In this document: piece by piece, positions 30,520 to 41,904 of the stretch
Numbering within the stretch: position 1 is the stretch's first letter
Layout of the letters: the number at the start of each line of letters is the position of its first letter
Assembly (NCBI GenBank): GCA_937951485.1
Contig: CALEDJ010000029.1
Location: 4,589 to 68,588, forward strand
Reading direction: 5' to 3'
DNA length: 64,000 bases
From: an uncultured bacterium
GTDB lineage: Bacteria > Hydrogenedentota > Hydrogenedentia > Hydrogenedentales > CAILVY01
Program-made: the position numbers and the translations under genes
Notes under the pieces: generated by a model
Databases searched by the model: none
Seen by the model: only the letters and a program-made list of their open reading frames with translations
What the model was told of the DNA's origin: nothing

Positions 30520-31236
30520 CTATCCGCAAATAATCAGGTACAAGGCCAGGCCAATCAGCATGGTCGCAACAAACTTCTGAAAGCGTTGTTTGGAAATGCG
30601 CTCAATGATCTGTTTGGATATCCATGTTCCAAAAACCATGGCCACAGCCAGCAGCAGAGCCAATAACCAGAATTGGCGGTCAAGCGAAATACTGTTGCGG
30701 TAAACAATCATCTTCAATGCGTGGATCACCAGGGCTGAAGTTGCTTCACTGGCCACATATGCCACGGGCGGGAGACCCAATGTGAGGAAAAAGGCGGCCC
30801 CAAGCGGTCCAGCGCTGCCCGCCAGTCCGGACAGAAAACCCACCACCCCGCCCCCCAAAGCGAACAACCCCCAGTTAATTTCTGTCCGTGAGCGCCAGAT
30901 AATCCTGAAAATGACCAGCAGGAGAATGATAATGCCGATGCATCTGGTGACCAGACCCTCGGGGAGGTCAATAAACAAGGATGCCCCGAGCATGCAAAAC
31001 GGGGCTGCGCCCATGAGAAAAACGGCGACAGGCTTCCATTGAATCCGGGCAAAGCCGAAAGCCACTCTGGACAGATTTCCAACCAACTGCGCAGCCGTCA
31101 GAAGCGGAACGGCATGCGGCGCCGGAAGAAAAGCGGTGAGCAATGGCAGAAGAAGCAATGCGCCCCCAAATCCCGCGGCGCCGGAGACGGCCGCGGCGGA
31201 GCAGGCACCCGCAAATAGGATGAAATACACAAGCAT
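30520..31236 (-). CDS. TauE/SafE family sulfite/anion exporter
   Basis: Two 4-TM repeats carry GAGFGGALLLLPLL and GLAGSAGPLGAAFFL. The ATG at 31234-31236 was checked. Confidence 0.7.
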   Translation of the reverse strand: MLVYFILFAGACSAAAVSGAAGFGGALLLLPLLTAFLPAPHAVPLLTAAQLVGNLSRVAFGFARIQWKPVAVFLMGAAPFCMLGASLFIDLPEGLVTRCIGIIILLLVIFRIIWRSRTEINWGLFALGGGVVGFLSGLAGSAGPLGAAFFLTLGLPPVAYVASEATSALVIHALKMIVYRNSISLDRQFWLLALLLAVAMVFGTWISKQIIERISKQRFQKFVATMLIGLALYLIICG

Positions 31237-31324
31237 GGAATCTCTCTGGATGGTCAGTTTGCCCTCCACCCCCGCCTTCTTGACGCATCGCGCCCCCTTG
31301 TATCGGTCAATGGAACAGCGAACA

Positions 31325-31981
31325 TTATTTGTTCTTGTTTCGATGCAGGACCTCGTCAATCAAACCGTAATGTTTTGCCTCATCGGCGCCCATGAAGAAA
31401 TCCCGGTCACTGTCACGGCGGATGACCTCCAGGGGCTGGCCGGTGTGGTTAACGAGGATTTCGTCAATCATTTCGCCGATACGGACGATTTCCCGCGCCT
31501 GGATTTCGATATCGCTGGCCTGGCCGTGCACGCCGCCCATGAGTTGGTGCAGCAGAAAGCGGGAATAGGGCAGGGCGTAACGCTTGCCCTTTGTGCCCGC
31601 AGCCATCAGCACCGCGCCCATGCTGGCGGCCTGTCCAAGACATATCGTTGCGACATCCGGCCGGATGAACTGCATGGTGTCGTAAATGGCCAGGCCTGCG
31701 GTGACGCTGCCGCCTGGCGTGTTGATGTAGATGTTGATGTCTTTGTCCGGGTCCTCGGCTTCAAGAAACAGCAACTGCGCTATGATGTAGTTGGCGACAT
31801 AGTCGTCAATAGGCATGCCGAGGAAAATGATGCGGTCCGCCAGGAGCCGGGAGTAAATGTCATAGGGGCGATCTCCCCGGCTGGTTTGTTCATAGATGGT
31901 GACCGCCCTCGGACTGACGGGGTTTGCGCCTTCCGGGGCGGCCATATGCCGCGTAAGAAGGTCCAGGGGGTCAGGACGCAT
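31325..31981 (-). CDS. clpP: ATP-dependent Clp protease proteolytic subunit
   Basis: Motifs [13 protein letters not shown] and [17 protein letters not shown] are present. The start is ambiguous between 31981 and 31945. Confidence 0.9.
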   Translation of the reverse strand: MRPDPLDLLTRHMAAPEGANPVSPRAVTIYEQTSRGDRPYDIYSRLLADRIIFLGMPIDDYVANYIIAQLLFLEAEDPDKDINIYINTPGGSVTAGLAIYDTMQFIRPDVATICLGQAASMGAVLMAAGTKGKRYALPYSRFLLHQLMGGVHGQASDIEIQAREIVRIGEMIDEILVNHTGQPLEVIRRDSDRDFFMGADEAKHYGLIDEVLHRNKNK

Positions 31982-33446
31982 CTTCTTCGCCCTCCCGCTC
32001 CAGCGCATCCCGCGACATTTCCTTGTCAACATACGTTGCGCTTTCCGTCACCACGGCCATCGCTTTGCGCCGCAGAATGCGGTGGGCATAGTCGTTGTAA
32101 TTTTCTTCCTCGCTCAGGAAGCGGTTGACCACATTGATGTCGGCGCCGGTGCGGGCCGCCAGGTCTTCCACTTCGCGTTCAAAATCCTCTTCTGTCAATT
32201 CAAGCCCTTCGGCGGCGGCGATCTCCTGCAGCACCACCAGGCTCTTCAGTCCGTACTCCGCCGTTTTGCGGGCCTTGGCGCGCAGTTCCTCCTCCTTCGC
32301 GTCAATTTCGGCGCGCGGCACGCGCAACTGGGCCAGGCGACGAACCTCCTGTTCATAATACTCATTGGCGCTGCTGTCCAACAGCGACTTGGGCAATTCA
32401 AAGGTGCTTGCGGCCACGATAGCCTTCAGCGCCCGTTCTTCCACCAGCCGCCGCGTGATGTTGTCCACTTGATCACGCAGATTCTCAGCGGTCCTTTCGC
32501 GCAAGGCGGCCATGCTCTCCGCGCCGGCCATCTTTGCAAACTCGTCATTCAGATCCGGCATCTGCTTGCGCTTGATTTCGCGGACCTTGATGACAAACTC
32601 GGCGGTTTTTCCCGCGATTTCCTTGTTGTAAAAATCCTCGGCGAAGGTCACTTCGCAGCGGCGTTCGTCGCCCGCCTTGGCGCCGGTGAGTACTGACTCG
32701 AATTCCGGGAAAAAGCGCTTGCTTCCGAGGATGTAGGGATAATTCTCCGCCTTGTTGCCGGCGAAATCCGCGCCATCCACCGTCCCGTGGAAGTCAATCA
32801 CAACCTGGTCACCTTCCTCCGCCTTCCCCTTTGCCAGCGTCTCATACATGGCGTAGCGCCCGCGAAGTTCTTCCAGCGCTGCGTCAATTTCCTTTTCCGT
32901 CACCTTGAGTATGGGACGCTCCACTTCGATGCCCCGGTATTTCCCCAGTTCGCACTTGGGGAACACTTCGAACTTGATGGTGAACGCAAGCGCTTCCTCT
33001 TCGGGGCGCTCGAGGGCGTTCTCCAGCCCTTCCATCTCCGGGGTGCCAATCGGCCGAAGCCCATTGTCCTTGACCAATTTTTCGAAGGCGGCGCTCACCA
33101 TCTTTTCCGTGGCATCGCCGCGCACCGCCTTGCCGAATTTCTTTTCGACAAGTTTACGCGGCGCGCGTCCCCTGCGGAAGCCCTTCAGTTCCACCTCCGA
33201 CTGCAGTTTATCAAGCAGTTTGTCGCATTGCGCCCGCTCATTCGCCACGGGAATCGTGACGCCCACCTCATAACGGCAGTCTCCCTTGTAGGACACGTCG
33301 AAGACCGGGTCTTGCACGAATGTGAATTTGTCCTCGTCTTCGCCTTCCTCCTCGTGATGATGCGCATGCGCCTCTTGCGATGCTTGCGCCGCCGCATCCG
33401 TCGCTGCAACGGCGCCCGTGTCTTCGCGTGTTTCCTCGTCGCTCAT
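31971..33446 (-). CDS. tig: trigger factor with His/acidic-rich N-terminal extension
   Basis: The TF domain order and its position upstream of clpP fit tig. The first approximately 40 aa are [15 protein letters not shown]-like. Confidence 0.8.
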   Translation of the reverse strand: MSDEETREDTGAVAATDAAAQASQEAHAHHHEEEGEDEDKFTFVQDPVFDVSYKGDCRYEVGVTIPVANERAQCDKLLDKLQSEVELKGFRRGRAPRKLVEKKFGKAVRGDATEKMVSAAFEKLVKDNGLRPIGTPEMEGLENALERPEEEALAFTIKFEVFPKCELGKYRGIEVERPILKVTEKEIDAALEELRGRYAMYETLAKGKAEEGDQVVIDFHGTVDGADFAGNKAENYPYILGSKRFFPEFESVLTGAKAGDERRCEVTFAEDFYNKEIAGKTAEFVIKVREIKRKQMPDLNDEFAKMAGAESMAALRERTAENLRDQVDNITRRLVEERALKAIVAASTFELPKSLLDSSANEYYEQEVRRLAQLRVPRAEIDAKEEELRAKARKTAEYGLKSLVVLQEIAAAEGLELTEEDFEREVEDLAARTGADINVVNRFLSEEENYNDYAHRILRRKAMAVVTESATYVDKEMSRDALEREGEEDAS

Positions 33447-33468
33447 GGTCTTTCATTCACTTTTCGTT

Positions 33469-33553
<85 letters not shown>

Positions 33554-33921
33554 ACATTTCCACATTACAATCTTCTATTATACCGCCTTACGCGGCGCGC
33601 ATCGAAAAAAAACGGGTCGAACGATCCCTTCGCCCGCCCGGGTGCCGCGCTTGGGAAGCAACCGGCTTGCCGCACTGCAATGGAACCCGCGCCCGGATAT
33701 AGCGCCGACACATGCCCGTCGCTTCTAAAACATTCCTTGTCAACGGGTTGCAGCAGGTAATGCTCGCTTACCCCGTTGCACACCCCGTTTTCCAATGGGA
33801 ATATTAGCATATTCACCCCTTTTGAAAGCAAGTTACAAGCCCTTTGACGGGACATCGGAATACCTTGCTGCCGTGACAGCCAAGCGAAACCTGACGCATA
33901 GCGCACGAAGAGATACCCAGA

Positions 33922-35775
33922 TTACCAGGATAGCATCTGCTCCAATCGCCCCAGGAACTGCCGCGCCCGCGCGGAAGCGGTATGGTACTGAAGGAAATGG
34001 TCGCGGCCAGCGCGGGCAATCGCGTCCGCCTCCTCCGGGTTGCGGTGCGCCCATTCCAGCCGGTCTTCCAGTTCGGGCAGATCATCGAAAAACAAGGCGG
34101 TGACGCCGTCTTCAAAGTTGTGGGGAATGCGGATGAGTGGACGCTCCGCGATCAGCAGGCAGCCATGCGCGGGAAGTTCCCAATAGCGCACCGTGTCGAA
34201 GCCAAAGCCGAACAGCGACACACCCGCACGGGACCGGAGCAGTTCCCGACGGTACGCCTCCTGAGTGTAGGGCGCTTCTTCAAGGGCGCGATTCAGCACT
34301 TCCTGCAAGCGACGCAGGTACAGCGGCCGCAACCCGAACACCCATTTTCCCGCCCAGAACAGGTCTTTGCTCCGCGTAGCGGCGCGTGACGGGGATTCCG
34401 GAACAAGGCGGTCCGGATACGCAAAGGGCAATGGACAGGCGTACGGACCATAGTCCACCCCCGCCAACATTTCCCGCTTGAAATAGGCCCTCACGGCGTC
34501 ACAGCCAAGGTACTCCAGAATGGCGGGGAGTTGATTATGCGCGCTGTCCCATGTGTCGTAGACGACAACGGGCAAGTCCGGCGCGGCCGCGATCAGTCGC
34601 CTTACTTCCGCCGGGCGCGCCCACTGCACCACATCCGCGTACAAGATCAGGTCGAAACGCCCCGCGCGCAGTTCCGATTCCAATTCCGGGACATCCCGCG
34701 CCGCCCCGGCATGATCGAAAACACAGGGGTAATTCTTCGCCGCCTCGCGTCCCTGGCCATGTAATGTCGCTTTCCAGGGATATTCCACCACATTTTCCGG
34801 CCCGATAACGCTGCACAGGCCGTCGTAGAGACAATCCATGCCGTAATCAGAGTAGTCATGTGTGATGACCAGGATACGCGGCGCGCGGCGCGCGCCGGAC
34901 CATACGGGAGCGGACTCCGGCGCGGGTCGCGCCGCCGGGTCGGGCCGCAGCGTTTCCAACAGGGTGCGCGTGGCGGGGTCCTCCCGAACATGCAGCACCG
35001 ACCGCAGCATTCGCGCCGCATAGTCCTCGTTGCCGAAGCAACGCCAAATAGCGGCGTGTGCGCGCCAGGCGGGATGGCGACAGGGGTCCACATAGATGAT
35101 GGTGTAGAAATTCTTCTGGATGGATTGGAACACGCGGTCATCCGCGCCGGGCCTGGGTTCCGGGCATTGTGTCAGCCATTGCAGGTAATGCTCGTGCTTT
35201 TGGGTGAACGCCAACGCAAGGGTATCGGTATCGGGGAAAAGGCTGGTGTCAATGCCGTCAATCACGGCGATTGCTTGAAGAGGCGCTCCCGCCGCCGCCA
35301 GCGATTGTGCGTGCAGAAGCGGATTGTAGCCGTGCCGCACAGCCGTCAACACACAGCCCCCGCTCACATCGCCGGGACGGTCTTTGGGGTGCCAGCCGTA
35401 GGGAAGAAATCCCGCCGCTTCCAAGGTGGGAAACAGTTGATCAAGAGGGAAAACGTTTTTCTCCGGCTCCGGCGCATAGAGCAAAAACAGCAGACGCCCG
35501 GTATTATTGAGCGCCGTCGAGAAGCGCTCAATGGTGTCCTTCAAAGCACCTGACGTTTCCGGCAGTCGCCAGAAGAACACGGCGTCAAACGGCCTGCCGG
35601 GGAGCGCTTTTTCCCCCATTTCCACAAAATCGGCTTCCTGCCCCCGCGCAGCGTGCGCGTCCGACAGGACTTGTGAAAACTCGCCCACATGCAGCACGCG
35701 ACGGACATAGGCGGGCAAGAGATCATCCCACGCGATAATCAGGCCGGGTCCGCCGTCGGTCTGCTCCGCCGCCAT
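33922..35775 (-). CDS. large multidomain protein with C-terminal CgeB-like glycosyltransferase domain
   Basis: The C-terminal approximately 300 aa resemble CgeB/Glyco_trans_1_2 (motif LLIAERP...FFDDLPELEDRLEW). The N-terminal half is unassigned. Confidence 0.45.
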   Translation of the reverse strand: MAAEQTDGGPGLIIAWDDLLPAYVRRVLHVGEFSQVLSDAHAARGQEADFVEMGEKALPGRPFDAVFFWRLPETSGALKDTIERFSTALNNTGRLLFLLYAPEPEKNVFPLDQLFPTLEAAGFLPYGWHPKDRPGDVSGGCVLTAVRHGYNPLLHAQSLAAAGAPLQAIAVIDGIDTSLFPDTDTLALAFTQKHEHYLQWLTQCPEPRPGADDRVFQSIQKNFYTIIYVDPCRHPAWRAHAAIWRCFGNEDYAARMLRSVLHVREDPATRTLLETLRPDPAARPAPESAPVWSGARRAPRILVITHDYSDYGMDCLYDGLCSVIGPENVVEYPWKATLHGQGREAAKNYPCVFDHAGAARDVPELESELRAGRFDLILYADVVQWARPAEVRRLIAAAPDLPVVVYDTWDSAHNQLPAILEYLGCDAVRAYFKREMLAGVDYGPYACPLPFAYPDRLVPESPSRAATRSKDLFWAGKWVFGLRPLYLRRLQEVLNRALEEAPYTQEAYRRELLRSRAGVSLFGFGFDTVRYWELPAHGCLLIAERPLIRIPHNFEDGVTALFFDDLPELEDRLEWAHRNPEEADAIARAGRDHFLQYHTASARARQFLGRLEQMLSW

Positions 35776-35812
35776 GCGCTGCTTCCTCCTGCATTCTGCT
35801 GATCAGGCGCGC

Positions 35813-37096
35813 CTATTCAATGTAACCGAGGCTTCGCAGCGCTTCGATGTCGTCCGCGTCCAGCGCTTCAGCCTCCGGCACGCCATGTTCCGTGACGACG
35901 TCCCACTGTTGCACCATGACTTGCAGCGCCGACACACGGTCCGGATGAACTTCGGCGATGTTGTTCAATTCTCCCGGATCATCCGGGAGATAGAACAAGT
36001 GTGTCTGTCGGTCATACAACACCAGTTTCCAGCCTTCCTGGATGACGCCTTGGCGCAACGGGCGCCGGTCGGCCATGAGCGCCTTCGCACCCGGCACCCG
36101 GGGCACCGCGCCGCCATAGGTTTCAAAAATACGGGCGCGTGACATCGGCGGCCCCTGGCGCAGCAGATCGAGTCCCAGCATGCCTTCGATTTCCGGCAGG
36201 CCGGCCAGTCCCAGAAGCGTCGGGCCGATATCAATACCCTGCGCAGGGACGGATGTCCGGCCCGGCTTCAGTCCCGGCGCGCGAATCATCAGCGGAATAT
36301 GAATGCCGGGTTGATGGATGCGGCGGCCATGGCCAAGGTAACCGTGCTCAAAAAGGGCTTCGCCATGGTCCCCTACAAACAACACCGCCGTGTTCTCCGG
36401 CAGGGCCGCCAGGACCGGCGCGATCATCGCATCCGTATAGGCCACTTCGGAATCGTACCGTGCCGGCACGCGGTATTTCTTCCTAAAACGCCATGCACTG
36501 ATTCCCGCCGGGTTGTAGTTGCGGCGCATCTTGTAGGGGGCGTGCGGATCGGAGTAATGAATCCATGCGAAGAAGGGGCGGGATGTGTCGCGTTGCTCCA
36601 ATAACTCCAAGGCAATTCGGGTGACTTCATGCGCCTGGCGCTCCGCCTTGATCAAACCCCATCGCCGCTTGTGAAAACCGTCATCATAGATGTCAAAGCC
36701 GCGATTGAGTCCGGAAAGCCGCGCTTTCAGGGTCCAATTGCTCTGCACACAAAACGTGTAATAGCCGGCGTCCTGAAACCGCTCCACGACCGTCGGGATA
36801 TCCGCTGACAGGCGCAATCCGTTGCGCTTCATGCCGATCATGCGCGGATGCCGCGAGGTAAGCATTGCGCCGAAAGAGGGACCTGTAAGCGGCACGTCAC
36901 ATACGCAGTCCTCAAAAAGCAGGGCGTCTTCCGCAAAACGGTCGAGATTGGGGGTGGTATTCAGGGGATAGCCGTAACAGCCCAGCCGGTCCGCGCGCAG
37001 GGTATCCACGGAAAGCAACACCACATTGACCGGCGCAGGCGGAACCTCCGCCCCCCAGAAAAGCATCGTCAACGCCAGCCAGGAAATTGCAGTCAA
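35813..37096 (-). CDS. sulfatase-family hydrolase (alkaline phosphatase superfamily), secreted
   Basis: A signal peptide is present. The N-terminal metal site is LLSVDTLRADRLGCYG. The segments FVGDHGE and ELYDLxxDPxE-like are present. Confidence 0.7.
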   Translation of the reverse strand: MTAISWLALTMLFWGAEVPPAPVNVVLLSVDTLRADRLGCYGYPLNTTPNLDRFAEDALLFEDCVCDVPLTGPSFGAMLTSRHPRMIGMKRNGLRLSADIPTVVERFQDAGYYTFCVQSNWTLKARLSGLNRGFDIYDDGFHKRRWGLIKAERQAHEVTRIALELLEQRDTSRPFFAWIHYSDPHAPYKMRRNYNPAGISAWRFRKKYRVPARYDSEVAYTDAMIAPVLAALPENTAVLFVGDHGEALFEHGYLGHGRRIHQPGIHIPLMIRAPGLKPGRTSVPAQGIDIGPTLLGLAGLPEIEGMLGLDLLRQGPPMSRARIFETYGGAVPRVPGAKALMADRRPLRQGVIQEGWKLVLYDRQTHLFYLPDDPGELNNIAEVHPDRVSALQVMVQQWDVVTEHGVPEAEALDADDIEALRSLGYIE

Positions 37097-37103
37097 AACC
37101 GCC

Positions 37104-37538
37104 TCACTCCTGCTCGTAACGGATCACCAGCGGCAGCGATTCTTTCAAGGGAAATACATTGCCTCGCTTGTCCCGGATGGGCACGGGAGTGCCATCTGAA
37201 CGCAGCGCAGTCAACTCCAGCAAAAATTCGCCCGGCGGCGCCTGGAAGGGCACCTGCACCGCCAGCGACCACACGCCGTCCCCTGCCTTCTTATCGCCCG
37301 ATGCGCCGTCATCGCGCAGATTGAAAACAATACGCGGTTCCTCAACAACCACCCCCTGTACCCGCCGCACAATATCGTGCCGGTCTTTGACCTGCACGGA
37401 AATCAACGCTGTGTCACCCGGTTTCAATTCTTCCGGGACAATCGAAGCATTATTCATGCGCGGCACGCCGGAGAAGGTATGGCACCCCGCCAGAAAAAGC
37501 GCCGCAACCAGGATCACCGTCATGCCGAATCGTTTCAT
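37104..37538 (-). CDS. hypothetical lipoprotein
   Basis: The N-terminus MKRFGMTVILVAALFLAGC carries a lipobox. Confidence 0.4.
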   Translation of the reverse strand: MKRFGMTVILVAALFLAGCHTFSGVPRMNNASIVPEELKPGDTALISVQVKDRHDIVRRVQGVVVEEPRIVFNLRDDGASGDKKAGDGVWSLAVQVPFQAPPGEFLLELTALRSDGTPVPIRDKRGNVFPLKESLPLVIRYEQE

Positions 37539-37741
37539 GATTGACTCACTCCGTTGCTTTCCGCAAACAACGCCGCCGCTGCCTCCAACGTTGACTCCGG
37601 CCAACAGCCTAATCTACCGGCGCACAGTCTGTCAAACAATGATTGTCGAAAAAGCAAGACTTTGCGCCTGGGCGGCCCCGTCAATACAATATGATTTGTG
37701 AGGTCTTGAAAAGCCCGCGGCTCTCACAAAGGTTCTTCCGC

Positions 37742-38635
37742 ATGAATAATCATATGGCTCCAGCGTGGATGGTGTCGTTGCATGGCGGTCACAGCCGGGC
37801 ATATTGCGACCACGCGAAGGACGATTTGGAAACCCTGATTCAGACAGCGATTCAACGCGGTTGCCGGGTCTATGGATTGACGGAGCATGCGCCTCGGATA
37901 GAGGCGCATCGGCTTTATCGTGAGGAAATCGCGATGGGCTGGACCACTGAAACACTGGACCGGCTGTTCTCGGAATATGCCGCCGAAGCGCAGCGGTTGT
38001 CGCGGCAGTGCGCAGACCGCATCGCCATCCTGTGCGGATTCGAGGCGGAAGTGGTCCCGGAAGACCGCTATGCGGAAATCATGCAGGGATATCGGCAACG
38101 GCTTGGTTTTGTTTACATGGTGGGGTCCGTGCATTGGGTGGCGGGACACATTATTGACTACCGGCAGGAGGATTTCGACGCGGCAGTGCACGCATGTGGC
38201 GGATTGGAACGCCTCGCGGTGCGCTATTACGACACCGTGGCGGAGATGTTGCGGCGCTTGCGTCCGGAAGTCGCCGCCCACCTCGACCTGATCCGTAAGT
38301 GCGCGCCGGATGAGTCGTCGATCAACACGCCTGCGGTGCGCCGCGCTGCCATGGCGGCGTTGGAGGCTGTTCGCGAGACCGGGGCGATTCTCGACGTAAA
38401 CACAGCGGCATACCGCACAGGAAAATCCCATCCCTACCCCGCCCCATGGCTGGTGCGGGCCGCAAGGGATATGGGCATTCCTTTCTGTTTTGGCGATGAC
38501 AGCCACAGCGCCGCCCATGTGGCCGACGGCATCCCGCGCGCGCGGGACTATCTGCTGGAGCATGGCGTTCGGGCCATAATCGCTCTGGTCCCCCGCGCCG
38601 ACGGCCTGGAAAAGGTGGAAATACCCCTGGTCTGA
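37742..38635 (+). CDS. PHP-family histidinol-phosphatase-like protein
   Basis: The PHP N-terminal His cluster is SLHGGHS...GLTEHAP. The ATG at 37742 was checked. Confidence 0.6.
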   Translation: MNNHMAPAWMVSLHGGHSRAYCDHAKDDLETLIQTAIQRGCRVYGLTEHAPRIEAHRLYREEIAMGWTTETLDRLFSEYAAEAQRLSRQCADRIAILCGFEAEVVPEDRYAEIMQGYRQRLGFVYMVGSVHWVAGHIIDYRQEDFDAAVHACGGLERLAVRYYDTVAEMLRRLRPEVAAHLDLIRKCAPDESSINTPAVRRAAMAALEAVRETGAILDVNTAAYRTGKSHPYPAPWLVRAARDMGIPFCFGDDSHSAAHVADGIPRARDYLLEHGVRAIIALVPRADGLEKVEIPLV

Positions 38636-38954
38636 CATGCGGTGCAGCGTAAAAGAGGAAAACTCTTGAAAAGAAACGCTCGTGTTTGTTAGCCTTGTGC
38701 TGTGTCGCCGGAGGATTGCGTGTGCCGATTCCGACCCTTCCGTGAAGGAAACGGGAACTGCCGGGTGGGATTGCATTCTTTCGTCTGTCCTCGATGCGGC
38801 GGCAAGTGGCGCGGGCCATGATAGACCGGGGTGATTTCGAGCAGGCTTGCGCAATGAATTCCGGCGGGTGATGCCGGGATATTCGTCCGCGTGAAGTCAA
38901 AGTGTTTCACAGGTTTCGGGACACACGGGGCGCATTCAAGAAGGGAAACATGCT

Positions 38955-40544
38955 ATGGCCAAGATACTGGTTTTAGATGGACTGAGCGAAGAAGGGGTGC
39001 GGGTACTCCGTGAGGGTGGGCATGAGGTGGATGTCAAGCCACCCCAGAAGCCCGACGAACTTGCCGCCATCATCGGCGAGTACGACGGATTGGTGGTGCG
39101 CAGTGCGACGAAAGTCACCGCGGAAGCGCTTCGACGCGCCAGACGCCTGAAAGTCATCGGTCGCGCCGGTGTGGGCACGGACAATATAGACAACGATACG
39201 GCGACGCAAATGGGCGTCATCGTGATGAACACGCCGGGCGGCAACACGATCTCGACTTGCGAGCACACCTTCGCGCTGTTGTTTGCGCTGTGCCGCAATA
39301 TCCCCAGCGCACACTTCTCCATGATGGAAGGCCGTTGGGACCGCAAGAAATTCAGCGGCTGCGAAGTGCAAGGCAAGACATTGGGCGTTATCGGGGTTGG
39401 CCGCATCGGGGGAGCAGTCGCCAAACGCGCCCAGGCGTTTGAGATGAAGGTGCTCGCCTTCGATCCGCTCCTCTCACCGCTCAAGGCGGAAACTCTGGGC
39501 GTGGAACTGGTTGAGTTTGACGACCTCTTGGGGCGGTCGGATTTCATTACCATCCACGCGCCAAAATCAGAAAAGACCAATAACATGATACGGGCGGAGC
39601 ATTTCAAGCGCATGAAGCCCACCTGCCGCATCATTAATTGCGCCCGGGGCGGCATCGTGAACGAACAGGACCTGGCGGATGCGCTGCGCCGGAAAATCAT
39701 CGCGGGGGCCGCGTTGGATGTTTTTACCTCCGAACCTCCCGAAAACAATCCCTTTATCGGACTGGACAATATTGTGATGACACCGCACCTGGCCGCGTCC
39801 ACAGACGAGGCGCAACTTAACGTGGCCATGGATATTGCGCGCCAAATCGTGGACTACCTGAACACGGGCGCGATCGTCAACGCGGTCAACGTGCCCAGTC
39901 TGGACGCGGAAACGCGGAAAACGCTGCAACCTCTGCTCTATCTGGCAGAACGGATGGGGCTGTTTCAGGCGCATTTCGTCGAGGGACGGCCAATATCCAT
40001 TGAGATTGAATACTCCGGGGACTTGGGCGTAACGGATACCTATCCCATCACAGCGACAGTTTTGACGGGATTTCTTCGCCCCTCGGTGGAGACGGTCAAC
40101 ATGATCAGCGCCCCAAGCCAATTGAAGGAACTCGGCATCGAATCAAGCGAAAAACGCAGCGCCGCCCAGTCCAACTACGCCTTTGAGATCGGCGTCACTG
40201 TGGTCACTGACCAGGAACAGCATACGGTTAAGGGCACCCTTTTCCATAAGACGGATGCGCGCATTTGCAGCATTGACAACACACGCGTGGACGTCAAACC
40301 GGAAGGCCCAATGCTTGTCTGCATGAATGAAGACAGACCGCTGGTGCTGGGCAGGGTGTGCAGCCGAATCGGTGAAGCCGGTGTGAATATCGCCAACCTG
40401 ACCCTCGGCCGCGACGCACGCGGCGGTCATGCATTGATTGTACTGAACCTCGATCAGCCGATCAATGAAGAGGTGTTGGCCGCCTGTCGCAAGGTGCCTT
40501 TTGTAAAAGAGGCCCGGTGCGTCATGCTGCCCAACAGTCAATAG
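38955..40544 (+). CDS. serA: D-3-phosphoglycerate dehydrogenase
   Basis: The 2-hydroxyacid dehydrogenase NAD site is [15 protein letters not shown]-terminal ACT domain is present. Length is 529 aa. Confidence 0.9.
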   Translation: MAKILVLDGLSEEGVRVLREGGHEVDVKPPQKPDELAAIIGEYDGLVVRSATKVTAEALRRARRLKVIGRAGVGTDNIDNDTATQMGVIVMNTPGGNTISTCEHTFALLFALCRNIPSAHFSMMEGRWDRKKFSGCEVQGKTLGVIGVGRIGGAVAKRAQAFEMKVLAFDPLLSPLKAETLGVELVEFDDLLGRSDFITIHAPKSEKTNNMIRAEHFKRMKPTCRIINCARGGIVNEQDLADALRRKIIAGAALDVFTSEPPENNPFIGLDNIVMTPHLAASTDEAQLNVAMDIARQIVDYLNTGAIVNAVNVPSLDAETRKTLQPLLYLAERMGLFQAHFVEGRPISIEIEYSGDLGVTDTYPITATVLTGFLRPSVETVNMISAPSQLKELGIESSEKRSAAQSNYAFEIGVTVVTDQEQHTVKGTLFHKTDARICSIDNTRVDVKPEGPMLVCMNEDRPLVLGRVCSRIGEAGVNIANLTLGRDARGGHALIVLNLDQPINEEVLAACRKVPFVKEARCVMLPNSQ

Positions 40545-40576
40545 CCGCCGTGCGCCGGGATAAAAGGAATTTCATC

Positions 40577-41818
40577 ATGCACAAAAACGGTCTTCTGTCT
40601 CCGCCTGAAGGAGACAAAGTGACCTTGAGTCCCGATGGAACCGTGCAAACGCCGGACCACCCTATCATCGGCTTCATTGAAGGTGACGGCATCGGCCCTG
40701 ACATCTGGAAGGCGTCGAAATTTCTGTTCGACGCTGCGGTCCGCCATTGCTATGGCGAGGCCCGGAAAATTGCCTGGATGGAATTGCTCGCGGGGGAGAA
40801 GGCAAACAAGCGGTGCGGAACTTATCTGCCGGAGGAGACTCTGGACGCCATTCGTGAATACGGCCTGGCCATCAAGGGGCCGCTCACCACGCCTGTGGGA
40901 CAAGGCTTTCGAAGCCTGAACGTGGCCCTGCGCCAAAAACTGGAGTTGTACGCCTGTGTGCGACCGATTCGCCATTTCGAGGGCGTGCCAAGCCCGGTGC
41001 GTAATCCCCATCATGTGAACATGATCATTTTCCGCGAAAACACGGAAGACCTCTATGCGGGATTCGAACTGGAATCTGGTTCCGAGGAGGCGCTCAAACT
41101 GATCCAGTTCTGCCGCGACCAATTCGGCTGGCCGATCCGCCAGGATTCAGGGCTTGGCCTCAAGCCCATCAGCGCCACAGGCACCAAACGGCTGGTCCGC
41201 GCCGCAATTCGATATGCCCTGGCGCACAACCGCAAGAGCGTCACCCTTGTGCATAAAGGCAACATCATGAAATATACCGAGGGCGCATTCTTGCGCTGGG
41301 GCTACGAAGTGGCGCGCGAGGAATTCGCGGGCGCCGCCGTGACGTGGGCCGACTGCAACGGGAAACCGGGTGACAAACTCCTGGTGAAAGACGCCATCGC
41401 CGACATCACCTTTCAGCAGGTCATCACCCGCCCGAAGGAGTTTGATGTCATCGCCACCATGAATCTCAATGGCGATTATCTCAGCGACGCGCTTGCGGCG
41501 CAGGTCGGGGGGATCGGCATTGCGCCGGGAGCCAACATCAATTATGAGACGGGCGTGGCGCTTTTTGAGGCCACCCACGGCACTGCGCCGAAATACGCCA
41601 ACCTGGACAAGGTGAACCCCAGCAGCCTGGTGCTCTCCGGCGTGATGATGTTCGAATATCTGGGCTGGACAGAGGTTTCCGAGGCATTGACGAAGGCAAT
41701 GACCAAAACGTTCCGAGCCAGGACTGTTACCTACGATTTCGCCCGGCTTATGGAAGGCGCCACAACCGTGAAATGCAGCGAATTCGCACATGCGGTTGCT
41801 TCAAATCTCGGAAAATAG
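40577..41818 (+). CDS. icd: NADP-dependent isocitrate dehydrogenase
   Basis: The N-terminus [15 protein letters not shown] and the motif [10 protein letters not shown] are present. The ATG at 40577 follows AAAAGGAAT. Confidence 0.9.
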   Translation: MHKNGLLSPPEGDKVTLSPDGTVQTPDHPIIGFIEGDGIGPDIWKASKFLFDAAVRHCYGEARKIAWMELLAGEKANKRCGTYLPEETLDAIREYGLAIKGPLTTPVGQGFRSLNVALRQKLELYACVRPIRHFEGVPSPVRNPHHVNMIIFRENTEDLYAGFELESGSEEALKLIQFCRDQFGWPIRQDSGLGLKPISATGTKRLVRAAIRYALAHNRKSVTLVHKGNIMKYTEGAFLRWGYEVAREEFAGAAVTWADCNGKPGDKLLVKDAIADITFQQVITRPKEFDVIATMNLNGDYLSDALAAQVGGIGIAPGANINYETGVALFEATHGTAPKYANLDKVNPSSLVLSGVMMFEYLGWTEVSEALTKAMTKTFRARTVTYDFARLMEGATTVKCSEFAHAVASNLGK

Positions 41819-41904
41819 TCTGTTCACCCAGCGCCTGTCACAAGCATTATACAAAACAGTTTTTGCGCCTTTGCGGCAATGTTTTTTCGGAGGAGATCGC
41901 TCTT

